Assembly (NCBI GenBank): GCA_002269645.1
Contig: NIVC01001925.1
Location: forward strand, 157,225-221,224
Source: Macrostomum lignano
Lineage: Eukaryota
DNA: 64,000 nucleotides
Direction: 5' to 3'
Shown here: positions 1 to 10,744 of the stretch, in pieces
Numbering within the stretch: the first letter of the stretch is position 1
Layout: the number at the start of each line of letters is the position of its first letter
Notes under the pieces: model-generated
Databases searched by the model: none
What the model was told of the DNA's origin: nothing
Seen by the model: the letters and a program-made list of their open reading frames with translations, nothing else
Program-made: the position numbers and the translations under genes

Positions 1-81
1 CTTCCTAGTCGCTCACGTGACTATAATACCGATACGGAAGGCATACTTGAGTATCAAGTGTTGAAAATACCCATCATCGAA

Positions 82-2806
82 TCAAAGCTCCAGTTCTTCT
101 TCGTCCGGCTCAGCTGGCCCGTCTCCAACCGTATCCGGCGCTGTTGCTGACCGACTCTCGTGACGCCAGAACTCGCTCGCATCAATAAGAATGCTGACAA
201 TGGTTGCGCCCTGACCGCTGTTAATCAAATCATCAAGTCCAATCCTACAGCATTAGGATAACGATTGAAATTAATTGAACCCGTGTTAGTCCAGTCAATT
301 CAAAGGTCTTTGTTACAGTACAAATGGAAAAAAATACCGAATGTGATTCCGTGCTACAAGGAAGAAACCGAAAGATTCGCCTCTGCTTGTGTGGGAATGA
401 CGTGAATATAATAATTAGTGAGCGCCGTCAGGCGGTTGTGGAGTATTATGTGCCCCGAGGTGGTGGCTGTTGTGGAGTATTATTTGCCCCGAGGTGGTGG
501 CTGTTGTGGAGTATTATTTGCCCCGAGGTGGTGGCTGTTGTGGGAGTATTATGTGTCCCGAGGTGATGGCTGTTGTGGGAGTATTATGTGTCCCGAGGCG
601 GTGGCTGTTGTGGGAGTATTATGTGCCCCGAGGTGGTGGCTGTTGTGGAGTATTATGTGCCCCGAGGTGGTGGCTGTTTGTGGGAGTATTATGTGCCCCG
701 AGGTGGTGGCTGTTGTGGAGTATTATGTGCCCCGAGGTGGTGGCTGTTTGTGGGAGTATTATGTGCCCCGAGGTGGTGGCTGTTGTGGAGTATTATGTGC
801 CCCGAGGTGGTGGCTGTTGTGGAGTATTATGTGCCCCGAGGTGGTGGCTGTTGTGGAGTATTATTTGCCCCGAGGTGGTGGCTGTTGTGGAGTATTATTT
901 GCCCCGAGGTGGTGGCTGTTGTGGAGTATTATTTGCCCCGAGGAGGTGGCTGTTGTGGAGTATTATGTGCCCCGAGGTGGTGGCTGTTGTGGAGTATTAT
1001 GTGCCCCGAGGTGGTGGCTGTTGTGGAGTATTGCTACATGAGGTGGAAGCGGTATAGGTACAGCAAAGCAAGACAAGGACAAGAACACGGAATAAAGAAA
1101 GGTCATCCGCTTTTTCTTTTAGCAGTTACCTGCAAGGATCGGCCGGTCTCGCCATAACAAAAATCTCGTCCATTAGGTCTGGCAGCCTCAGCGGCTCAAC
1201 GCCGTGCGACCGCAGACGACGCTGCAGGCCGCGGTAGAAATAGTTGACTGACCAGGCGGTGATGGCGCCGCAGCTGTCAATATCAAGGATGCGGAAGAAA
1301 TAGCTAAGCGACTGGGGAGCCGACCGGCACTCCATGGCCAGACAGAAATCCAGGTAGGCCTGGTAGTCCATCTCGCCATTGAGAGTAACGCAAGTCTGAA
1401 ACAGCCGGTCCAGAAACGCGTCAGTCAGGAAGCCGGCGCCGTAGCCAGCCAGCTCCGTTTTGCTCAGCAATCCGTTAGCGTCTTTGTCCAGAGCGAGGAA
1501 CGATCCGTAGAGCCGCAGGGTTTTATAGGCGCTAAACCAGTTGGTTTTGGACGGAGACGAAGTCTCTAGTTGCAGCTCGGCGAAATCGTCCAGAAACGAA
1601 CTGGTCAGAATGTCGAAGATCCGGACGCGACCGGTGCGCAATGGGTCGAGGAAGAAGACAAACTTGCGCACCGCAGTGCAAACGTAGTAGCTGTAAAACA
1701 GTTTGTCCAGCTTGCGCAGCTGATACAGCGTTGGTATCAGATTGGTAACGTAGTTCTCCAGATCCGATTCGCTTAGAGACCCGTCTCCGGAAAAGTCGTA
1801 AAGCGACAGACAAACTCGAGTCTGCAGCAGCCAAGTCTTCCTGGAGATAAACTCGTATAAGTGATCCGTGCTCACTCTGCCCAGCGGATCGGCCTGCAGC
1901 AGCTTGAAGAAGAGACTGGGCGACAGGAGTTTTGAGCACTTCGGCCCGGCAGCTTTGCACACTTTCAAATAATCGAGATAGTTGATGAACCGCTCTCCAT
2001 CGGCTGAGTCTGGTAGAGTTCGGTGAGCTACAAGCAGGTGCCAGATAGTCTGTTGAGAAAAAAACATGCCAATCTATTTTTCATAACTTTGCACTGCTAA
2101 GTCCAATAATTTGAAGAAAACGCTTTTTCAGAAAATGTGAAGACTGATAGACAAAGAAGGACAGACGGTAAGAGGCGGAAAGAACAACAATCTCGACAGA
2201 TGAAATAGTAAAAGTCAAGTCTTCGAAAGAGATCGTCAACTGAAGAGTTATCTATCGCTCCCTTTGTACATCAATTGCATCACTTGATGGCTCATCTAAA
2301 ATAGACCAGCCTTTATTGTTTGCCAATACAGGTAGCGCGCACTGGCTCTGCGGTTAAGACCAGCTGGCAATAAGTAAGGATTCATAAAATGGTCCTGGCC
2401 AAGCTCACACACGGGCGCAGGTATCCGCAAGGTTAATTCACGTGCATTGTGCACGCGATATCTGACACAGACTCCCCCCTAAAGCATTACAACCCAATTA
2501 GGCAATTTTACATCAAACTGCAATCGTCACCTTCAATTCCTCGCTATTCAACAGCTCGCCGCACTTTCTCTGCAGATGAGCAGCCCGAGCCTCTTTAACT
2601 AGGCGAGCGCGCAGCTCGGCGCCCAATTCGGTGGTCTGCATTCTGTGCCTGGGCCGGCACAGCGCTGACATGCAGACGTCGGTAGCAGTACGATTAAACA
2701 AATCCCCAGCCATCTGCTGGTAGTGCTTGTTAAAGAGCCTGGCCTCCTCCTTAGGATTGACAGCCTTCATCACAGATCTGTTGCCAGCAGCCATCTCTGA
2801 CGCCAT
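82..2806 (-). CDS. PPP2R3C: Serine/threonine protein phosphatase 2A regulatory subunit B'' gamma (EF-hand); 3 coding exons 2806-2531, 2049-1130, 244-82; 452 aa
   Basis: Motifs LQRKCGELLNSEEL, YYVCTAVRKFVFFLDPLRTGRV, TNWFSA, LDKDANGLLSK and IGLDDLINSGQGATIVSILID match PPP2R3C throughout. Both introns are GT-AG with consistent phases (AAG|gtgacg...aacag|ACT; AG|gtaact...ctgtag|G). Length from ATG 2806 is close to the roughly 450 aa vertebrate protein. Confidence 0.95.
433..1032. repeat. 34-bp minisatellite (GTGGTGGCTGTTGTGGAGTATTATGTGCCCCGAG), about 17-18 copies, in the last PPP2R3C intron
   Basis: Direct tandem units visible; produces four overlapping spurious repetitive ORFs. Confidence 0.97.
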
Positions 2807-2812
2807 AGCAAC
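2799..2812. promoter_or_regulatory. RFX X-box-like motif GACGCCATAGCAAC overlapping the PPP2R3C ATG
   Basis: Matches 11 of 14 positions of the palindromic X-box GTTGCCATGGCAAC, with an intact AGCAAC half-site; motif match only. Confidence 0.4.
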
Positions 2813-3152
2813 CCGTTGAAGACGCAGCTTTAGGCTGCTGCAATCCGCGTAACTGCTGAGGAGAGCCTGAAATTGGTCGTTGCAGCTCACTGTTAAATTT
2901 TGAGCCAATTACAGAATGAGCCAAGGAACTTCAAAATTAGAAGGATTAGAAAAACATTTTAGAACCTCATTCACTACTAATAATAACTACTAAAAGTAAC
3001 ATGATAGCGCCGGATAAATCTAGTCGAAGGTAAGAGGAAAAAGGAAGAAGTGACTGCTTTGTACGAGTATCTACTATAATTTGAAAGAAAGGACGAATTA
3101 CATTATCAGGAAAAGCAAAAGACCAACGCGGGTTCAATACGTTTCCGATTGA

Positions 3153-3310
3153 TTAGGGCTAAGGTAAGATTAGGGTTAGCGTTAGGGTTCAACCATAAAA
3201 GATTATAGGCTCATGGGGAATTGCTGAGATGTCAAGACGTATGGGGGGGATCGCTGAAATGCTTGGCTCATGGGGGTTGTTGCCAAAGCTCATAGGGGAT
3301 CTGATATCTT
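3153..3310. repeat. Dispersed repeat fragment with degenerate TTAGGG tract
   Basis: TTAGGGCTAAGGTAAGATTAGGGTTAGCGTTAGGGTT at 3153-3189. The 24-mer GGGGAATTGCTGAGATGTCAAGAC (3215-3238) recurs exactly as reverse complement at 24206-24229. Confidence 0.6.
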
Positions 3311-4093
3311 AGGCTAGATAGCTGGCTTTCAGAGTGAATGCATATTTACTTTAAACATCACTTATCTTAAAAAATTAATAAAGGCGATTATACAAAGTCA
3401 AAACCTACATTTAGTTTATTCAAAAAATAATATTTCTTTCCTTGTTGTCGCCCCAACGGGGACGCAGATTGCTAGTTCTCAACAGCTAAAACAGTTCCTC
3501 AACGGTTGAGAGCCACACTCGAATACTTGAGATTCTTACCTTCTACTGGCCTGGAGGAAAGGAACAGCTGACTAACTGCTGCCCATAAAACGAGCAAAAG
3601 AGCAAGCTTTATGCCGTAATACAATTTGAGCATTCTTAAGGGTACTGTGACTTACATGCCTGCTGTTGTAAAGAGTTCTGTAGCGCTGTTAGGCTTAAAA
3701 TTTGGGTGGGGCCTGAGTAGTTTTACTGCTTGCCACAAGGAAAAAAACTTCAAGAAGTCTTTGGTTGGGATTGAGAAATTAAGAAGCGAGGCGTGTGCTT
3801 GCTTAGTAGTAAAAAGGGAAGACGAGACGCAACAGTCCCTGCGTTGCTGAGCTAAATTCAACGACTCGTGAATCCACTCACAGCCCCCCCACAGCCCGCG
3901 CCAACCCTGATCCGACCCCACCCTGCACAGCTGTGATCGGTGTGTAAGGGAAAATCAATCGGCAACATCAGGAAGAGGACCAAGTGGGACGTGGAATCGA
4001 TTTAAGCGCAAGCGCACACAAGGGGCGGTACCCGCATTCTCGGCTGTACCGACTGCAGGCATTTAAAGTAAACTTGCACAGGGGAAGGCCGGA

Positions 4094-7000
4094 ATGCAAT
4101 CCAAACGAGGGACGGGCAGGCCAGCCAGCGCCGCAATGACAAGCAACTTCAAACTGGCCAGGCGGTGGCCGCAGAACCCGCCACCAGTGCCTAAAAAGCC
4201 CTCAATTGAATTCCAAGAGAAGCAGAGACGCTTCGAGCAGAAAGCGGCAATGGAGGGCCAGCAGCAGACGGCTATTCCGCCGCCGCCACCGGGGCCGCCA
4301 CCACCGCCGCCACCGCCGCCAGTAGGGTACAACGATGCAGACCGGTTCTACGTAGCCAGCCCGCCGCCTAGTGAGAACTCGCTAGTTGTCGATCACCAGG
4401 AGCCGCACCAACAGAAATTCAGCAGCCGGCCAGGAAATGATCCGTTGAATTCGGCATGGTTGAGCAAGAAATTGGACAGGATAGACGAGAAGCAAAAAGA
4501 TTCGGCCAAATTGCCGACGAACGCACAGACGGACACAAAAGACCTGCCAAACGATGAAGAGAATCGCAGGCGAAAGATGGAAGAACAATTGGGCGATTTG
4601 AAGGCCGAGAACCGAGCCAAAACACGCGAGTTGAAGACCAACAAGTACATCGAGAACGAAATGAACAGGAAACTTAAAACTGCAGATGATGCCTACGTGT
4701 TGCGTCATACTGTGAAGGACAAGGACCGGCTCATCAACAATCAGGAGAAGATAATTGCTGAGCTCACTGCAGAAAATGCTAAATTGGCTGAAGACCTTGC
4801 CGAGCGAGACCGGCAGGTTTTTCAGCTGCAGTCCGAAGTCGACAACCTGGACAGGGTTATAGTAGCCAAGAAGGCACTCAAGGAGGCTGAGCGGTTGCAA
4901 GCAGTGGGCGAAGATTTGGACAAGGCAAAGGACGATCTGGCAAATGCAAACTTTGAAATCGAAACGGCTAGAAATGAGTTGAAGAATGTTCAGGGTGTTG
5001 TCGCTAGAAAAGACAGAGAAATAAAAAGCAAAAATGATCATATCGAACAGCTGACAAAACAGCTGACTCAAGCAGAAACTAAAATTGCGGGATTAGAGAA
5101 CGAAAAATTAGTGGCCGACAACCACAGCAAAGCAGCTAATCGAGAGGCGAAGCTTCTTAAAGAGCAAAATGATAAACTAGTGGACTTCAAAGAGCGATGC
5201 AACAACTTGGAGGAAGAAAATGCGTACATGGCCGAAGCTATTCGAACACTAGAAGCCAAAATACTGCAGCTAGAATCTATCAAGCATGACAAGGAAGTGC
5301 TTGATGACCTAGTGCACGACTTGAAGTCCGCGATTAAGGATAAGAACCAGATTGCCAAGGAGAGGCGTAATCTGATGATTGAAACGCAGCAGCTAAGAGA
5401 CCTGCTTCGAGAGAAAACTGTAGATGAGGAAGCCCTGCAGAAGGAGCTATATAAGCTAAAGGAAGTGCTAAGCGAGCTGGAAAAAGAGAACAACTTTTAC
5501 AGAGACCTGGACGTCGACTTTCGACGACTCAAACAAAAATACGAGGAGATAGAAAGAGAACGCTTCAAGAACGAGCTGGTACTGGCAAAACTGAGGCCGA
5601 GAGTTGAGCGGCTTCAGAATCGCTGCAAAGAAAAGGACGACCTCATACGCAGACTAGCTAATGAACTTAGATCAGGTGGCGATCGTTATCCAAGGGACCT
5701 GCTACAAGAGGCTGATAGGAATCAGAACAGCGCACTGAATGACTATATCGACATGGACGATTACCTGGACGGCGAACCACTATCCGCTCAAGTGAGACGA
5801 TCTAGGGATAGGCGTCCGCACGCAAGTGCTCATGCTCAACGATCTCCGATGGCGGCATACGAACCCGCCAAAGGCTCGCGAAAGGCTTCAAAGTCGCCGT
5901 CGCGAGGGTATGAACAGGATCGAGCACCATCGCGGCCGCCCGAAAGATACAGCTACGGCCAGCAGCAACCGGAACGCCACTTTCCTAGTAGAGAATTTCC
6001 CCAAACTGAAGAGCCGAGAAGAGCTCAACACCAGCAGAACAGCCAACAACCAACAAGTAGTGGTAGAGATCCACAGAGAAACGGAGAAAATTATGATAAT
6101 CCGGCCAGACAGCAGCCCCCAAGAAAGGAGCAAAGCAATTCTAGACACCCGCCACCAACCGCTTGGGAGATTCCCAGAAACGAGAGTTCTCCACAAAATG
6201 TTCCAGAAGCCAGGACAAACGATGGAGTCTACGAGGAAACAATTCGACCAACAAAAAGAGAAGACGAAGAGGCCAGGAAACAACCTCGAGGTTACGATCC
6301 GACTCGCCTAGCGGATAAGGACGATCCGCATCAATACGCGCGCGAACAGCCGGTTCGTCAGTATCCGAATCATTCGGAGCCTAATGCGCAACCAGGTGCT
6401 TACGAACCTTCAATACAACGCGGTTATCAAGAACCGAACCAGAGAGACGCGGAAGGTGATCGGAAGCCTGATTTGACCCGCAATGAGACGTACCCCGTGC
6501 TGGACCAACGGCAGTCTCCGGTGGACAACGGCAGAATGCCTTATTCGGCAGAAAAATCTCCGGCATACCAGGAACTACATCAACCGAACGAACACAATCA
6601 GCCGTTGGATCATCAAAACCAGCATCAGCAAGCCATACCGCAGCACATGGATCCTCCTGTGAATGTACGAGCCCAGTATGTGCCGGACAGTGGCAACCTA
6701 CAAATAGAGTGGGACATCCCTGCGCTTGACGAACTAGACAGGAGTAATGGAGTTGTAGTGGCTGGCTACAAAATCTTCGTTAACGGCACGGAGCAGCAGC
6801 CCGTGGTGAGTTCTCGCGTCACCAAGTCTATTGTGCCGAGATCAGCATTGGGCGAAGTGGACGTCAATGCGCTTAGAATAAGCGTGCAATCTTACAGCTA
6901 CGACGGAGATACCTCGGACAAGGCCAACATAAGCGTAGCGCCTCCGCCTCCACGCCCGGCGGTGGAAAACGACAATCGTGAACAACAACGCGAGCTAACA

Positions 7001-7453
7001 CCAACAGCCCCGTTGACTGTGGAGATAGAGCAACTGACTCAGCATCAACCAGCCAACAATGATCCACCGATTGACAGCAACAAGCCAACGAATCAAGAAG
7101 ATCCTTCTAGTGACAGGCCAGCATCTCCTGAGCAGCAGCAACAGCAGAAGCAGCCGGTGTCATCGGCTGAGGCACCCGAAGACGACCGTTTCCGCACGCG
7201 CGACAACTCGCCAGCAGGCGCGGCCGCTCGTTTAGGCCTCCCGCCACCGTCTCCGCAGTCGTTCGTGCGCAAGGCGCTGTACGACTACCAGCCTAGTCAG
7301 CACTCGCAATCCGCGTTTCCTCCATTCGAGCTGGAGCTGCACCGGGGTGACGATGTCCAAACCTTTGGACCGGTCAGGCCGGACGGGATGTACAATGCGG
7401 AGGTGAACGGCAAGAGAGGACTGGTGCCAGCGCAGTATCTGAAGCTCAACTAG
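4094..7453 (+). CDS. Intronless RIMS-binding-protein-like scaffold: polyproline, long coiled coil, disordered P/Q/R region, one FN3 domain, C-terminal SH3; 1119 aa
   Basis: 3.36-kb uninterrupted ORF; heptad-rich aa about 150-520; FN3 PPVNVRAQ...LQIEWDIP..SNGVVVAGYKIFVNG resembles the RIMBP FN3 (SNG..V.GY); SH3 KALYDYQP...ELELHRGD...DGMYNAEVNGKRGLVPAQYL resembles RIMBP SH3s. Confidence 0.8.
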   Translation: MQSKRGTGRPASAAMTSNFKLARRWPQNPPPVPKKPSIEFQEKQRRFEQKAAMEGQQQTAIPPPPPGPPPPPPPPPVGYNDADRFYVASPPPSENSLVVDHQEPHQQKFSSRPGNDPLNSAWLSKKLDRIDEKQKDSAKLPTNAQTDTKDLPNDEENRRRKMEEQLGDLKAENRAKTRELKTNKYIENEMNRKLKTADDAYVLRHTVKDKDRLINNQEKIIAELTAENAKLAEDLAERDRQVFQLQSEVDNLDRVIVAKKALKEAERLQAVGEDLDKAKDDLANANFEIETARNELKNVQGVVARKDREIKSKNDHIEQLTKQLTQAETKIAGLENEKLVADNHSKAANREAKLLKEQNDKLVDFKERCNNLEEENAYMAEAIRTLEAKILQLESIKHDKEVLDDLVHDLKSAIKDKNQIAKERRNLMIETQQLRDLLREKTVDEEALQKELYKLKEVLSELEKENNFYRDLDVDFRRLKQKYEEIERERFKNELVLAKLRPRVERLQNRCKEKDDLIRRLANELRSGGDRYPRDLLQEADRNQNSALNDYIDMDDYLDGEPLSAQVRRSRDRRPHASAHAQRSPMAAYEPAKGSRKASKSPSRGYEQDRAPSRPPERYSYGQQQPERHFPSREFPQTEEPRRAQHQQNSQQPTSSGRDPQRNGENYDNPARQQPPRKEQSNSRHPPPTAWEIPRNESSPQNVPEARTNDGVYEETIRPTKREDEEARKQPRGYDPTRLADKDDPHQYAREQPVRQYPNHSEPNAQPGAYEPSIQRGYQEPNQRDAEGDRKPDLTRNETYPVLDQRQSPVDNGRMPYSAEKSPAYQELHQPNEHNQPLDHQNQHQQAIPQHMDPPVNVRAQYVPDSGNLQIEWDIPALDELDRSNGVVVAGYKIFVNGTEQQPVVSSRVTKSIVPRSALGEVDVNALRISVQSYSYDGDTSDKANISVAPPPPRPAVENDNREQQRELTPTAPLTVEIEQLTQHQPANNDPPIDSNKPTNQEDPSSDRPASPEQQQQQKQPVSSAEAPEDDRFRTRDNSPAGAAARLGLPPPSPQSFVRKALYDYQPSQHSQSAFPPFELELHRGDDVQTFGPVRPDGMYNAEVNGKRGLVPAQYLKLN

Positions 7454-8787
7454 ACTAATGGTATGCGAGCCTACAGTAAGAAAGCTTTGAAAGAAAGAAA
7501 TCCAGGAAGATATCGAGTTAACAATAAATCACGTTTCTTTCCTACTAAATCACCTAAAGTCTTCCATTGCTAACGAATTCCCTCTTATAGTTAGTTACCT
7601 GGCTAATTTTATGCATGTATTCTAATGATATATAAGTTGTGGCGGTCCAATTTCTCAGTAGCTACTAGTACGGTTGTACAGTAGCAGAACTTCATACCGT
7701 ACAATGCGAGCGCTTAAAGCAGCGGTGCTGCTAAGCTATAAGCCCCGTTTCCTACTCACTTTTTGTGTATTACCTCACTATTTAGAATAGTAAATATTGC
7801 TTTAATATATCAACGCTTAGCCTATGCGAAACGATATTATTTCACTCATTTATTTAAGATAAAGTTTGCAGAATTATACTTTTTTATTTAATAGTACAAT
7901 CGAATATATAATAAATAAACGCTACATTTGTTAAGAGTACCTTGTTATCAATATTTTCTATTTTATTTACTAAGAGTAAACCAAACTGTTAACAAGAAAC
8001 TAAAAATATTAACACTTGATTACAAGTGATTAAGTGAAAACACATGAAAGATGGATGCAATCAAAATTGGCGTAGCATGCATGCGTGTTTATTTGGTGTA
8101 TTTTGTTGACAGATCAATCTACAATAGCTCGGTTAATAACGGTAGTATTTTTAACCCTAGAGCGATGGATGTCCTATTCTATGACATTAAAATGTTCAAA
8201 GCAGGAACCACTCAAGTAAGGACGGGAAACCTCCTTTCTTGGAAAGTTTTAGAAGGCAGGCTTTTCCGAAAAAATACACTACGGAGATAGGAAGTTTTCA
8301 TTTTTTCAGCACAAAAATTGTGTTATTGCTTTCGGTAGGAGGCAGACCAAATGTTTTTCTTTTGATATGTTGTGCCTTTCTTATAGCTCTATTAATATTC
8401 ATATTTTGTTCAGGAAATTAGCGTACTATGTTAATTTTTATTCTTTGTACATTCCCTGTACCCAGAAATAATAAAAACGCATGGCACAGATCGACTCTTA
8501 ACTTTGGTTTCATAAATCTATTTTATCATCTGTTACACGTATTGTTACACAGTCAGCTAAGAATGAAAAAATTGATTTATAAAACCAATGAGCTGAACCG
8601 AACCGAATCGAAAGCAATAAAAATTTTTGTGCTTAAAAAAAGAAAACTTCCTATCTCCGTAGTGTATTTTTCGGAGAAACGAGGTTTATCGTCCTTCTAA
8701 GGACTTGAGCAGTCCTTGATTCGAAAGTGTAGAAAGAAAAGCTAAACACAAAATTGCGGTTAACATTGAGTCAACTAGACAAAGACG

Positions 8788-9450
8788 TCATTTTTTCGGC
8801 AATACGAACCGACCGTGCCGGTTTACTTCGGGTTCGCCTAGCGCCTTTGGCGGCGTTGGAAACCTCGCCAATAGCGCGTTGATCTGCGGCGCCGCCAGCC
8901 TGCCGCCAACGCTGCGGCCAGTTTCCGGTTTCTTAATCAGCTCCTTCCGTCGGCGTCGTTTCGCTTCTTCAACTTCTACGCAGCGTTGGAACGTGCCAAT
9001 CTGAGCTGTGCACCTGCGCTGATTGTAGTCGGCGCCGTTGAGGCACTCCAATAGGCTGAGCATCTCGTTCACGCAGACGGCTCGGAGGCCTTTCTCGCCG
9101 CGACCGGAGACGACGTTTCTCAAAGCTGGATGGCGGAGAAACACCGTCGGAAAGGTGCGGGCGATGTCCTCGCGTACGGCTTTGGACAGCGGCTTTGTGT
9201 CAATGCTGACATTGTGCAGCTCCTCTTCTTGCCGCTGCTGCTGCTTCTGACTACTGGCTGGCATGCCAGCACCAGTAGCATTTGTAGCAGCGGTCTGTTC
9301 AACAGTCTTCTTTAACAATTTGCTTCCAGCGCTAGCGGCCGCTTTGCCGCCAGAAGATGCTGCGGAAGACATCCGGGATTTGTATTGGTCTGACTGGATT
9401 GAGGATGCGGCAGCTCGGGCATGAATGCGCAATGGGATGAATTTGTCCAT
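8788..9450 (-). CDS. CHCHD1: CHCH-domain protein, mitoribosomal mS37/CHCHD1-like, with N-terminal extension (first ATG 9450; alternative 9372)
   Basis: Twin CX9C motif CVNEMLSLLEC...CTAQIGTFQRC, preceded by LRNVVSGRGEK and followed by QINALLARFP, as in CHCHD1. Confidence 0.85.
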   Translation of the reverse strand: MDKFIPLRIHARAAASSIQSDQYKSRMSSAASSGGKAAASAGSKLLKKTVEQTAATNATGAGMPASSQKQQQRQEEELHNVSIDTKPLSKAVREDIARTFPTVFLRHPALRNVVSGRGEKGLRAVCVNEMLSLLECLNGADYNQRRCTAQIGTFQRCVEVEEAKRRRRKELIKKPETGRSVGGRLAAPQINALLARFPTPPKALGEPEVNRHGRFVLPKK

Positions 9451-9601
9451 GATCCCATCATTCACTGGTCAAAAATTATTTAACGCAAACGAGCGAAGTG
9501 GATTAGAATTCAAAACACACAAATATGAGACAACAATGAAACTGTCGAATCGTACAACTTACAGTCTATAATAATCAAAGTCTTGGATCCAAAGATTCCA
9601 C

Positions 9602-10498
9602 ATCTACAATCCCCCCGATACACAGTTCATAGATCTACAATCCCCCCGATACACAGTTCATAGATCTACAATCCCCCCGATACACAGTTCATAGATCTAC
9701 AATCCCCCAATACACAGTTCATAGATCTACAATCCCCCCGATACACAGTTCATAGATCTACAATCCCCCCGATACACAGTTCATAGATCTACAATCCCCC
9801 CGATACACAGTTCATAGATCTACAATCCCCCCGATACACAGTTCATAGATCGATACATAGTTCATAGATCTACAATCCTCACAATACACAGTTCATAGAT
9901 CTACAATCCTCACAATACACAGTTCATAGACCTACAATCCCCCCGATACACAGTCTATAGATCTACATTCCTTTCAATACACAGTCCATAGATCTACAAT
10001 CCTCACAATACACAGTCCATAGATCTACAATCCTCACAATACACAGTCCATAGATTTACAATCCTCACAATACACAGTCCATAGATCTACAATACCTCAA
10101 TGCACAGTGCATAGATCTACAATCCCCCCGATACACAGTCCATAGATCTACATTCCTTTCAATACACAGTCCATAGATCTACAATCCTCACAATACACAG
10201 TCCATAGATCTACAATACCTCAATGCACAGTGCATAGATCTACAATCCCCCCGATACACAGTCCATAGATCTACAATCCTCACAATACACAGTTAATAGA
10301 TCTACAATCCTCACAATACACAGTCCATAGACCTACAATCCCCCCGATACACAGTCTATAGATCTACATTCCTTTCAATACACAGTCCATAGATCTACAA
10401 TCCTCACAATACACAGTCCATAGATCTACAATCCTCACAATACACAGTCCATAGATCTACAATCCTCACAATAGACAGTCCATAGATCTACAATCCCC
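9602..10498. repeat. 31-bp minisatellite (ATAGATCTACAATCCCCCCGATACACAGTTC and variants), about 29 copies, between POLR3C 3' end and CHCHD1
   Basis: Tandem units, nearly all containing AGATCT; left and right halves dominated by different variants. Confidence 0.97.
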
Positions 10499-10744
10499 TC
10501 AGTTGGACACCTGAATCGAATATTAACTACTAAAACATTGTTTAAAATTGTTTGATAAGTTAAAAAAAATTAATTTAAACGGACTCAGTAAAAATTAATT
10601 GGCGAAATGCTTAGCAAACAAGGCAATGTATATTTTTTGCTTGAGCACACAAAAGTTACGTCATAATTAAGTGACCTGACACTCGTGACTGCATAAATCC
10701 ACAATGCTAAGAAGCAAACGAACTTGAATTTTAGGGTTTGCTGT

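Noticed and set aside
324-1157. Overlapping Cys/Val/Trp-rich ORFs
   Set aside because: Translations of the 34-bp intronic minisatellite; the PPP2R3C model splices across them.
3153-3190. True interstitial telomere / chromosome fusion scar
   Set aside because: Only about 6 degenerate units, linked to a dispersed repeat; no head-to-head TTAGGG/CCCTAA junction.
4382-5493. Antisense ORFs over the RIMBP-like gene and over LOXHD1/Gypsy exons
   Set aside because: Shadow ORFs from GC-rich or biased codon usage, with no recognisable domains.
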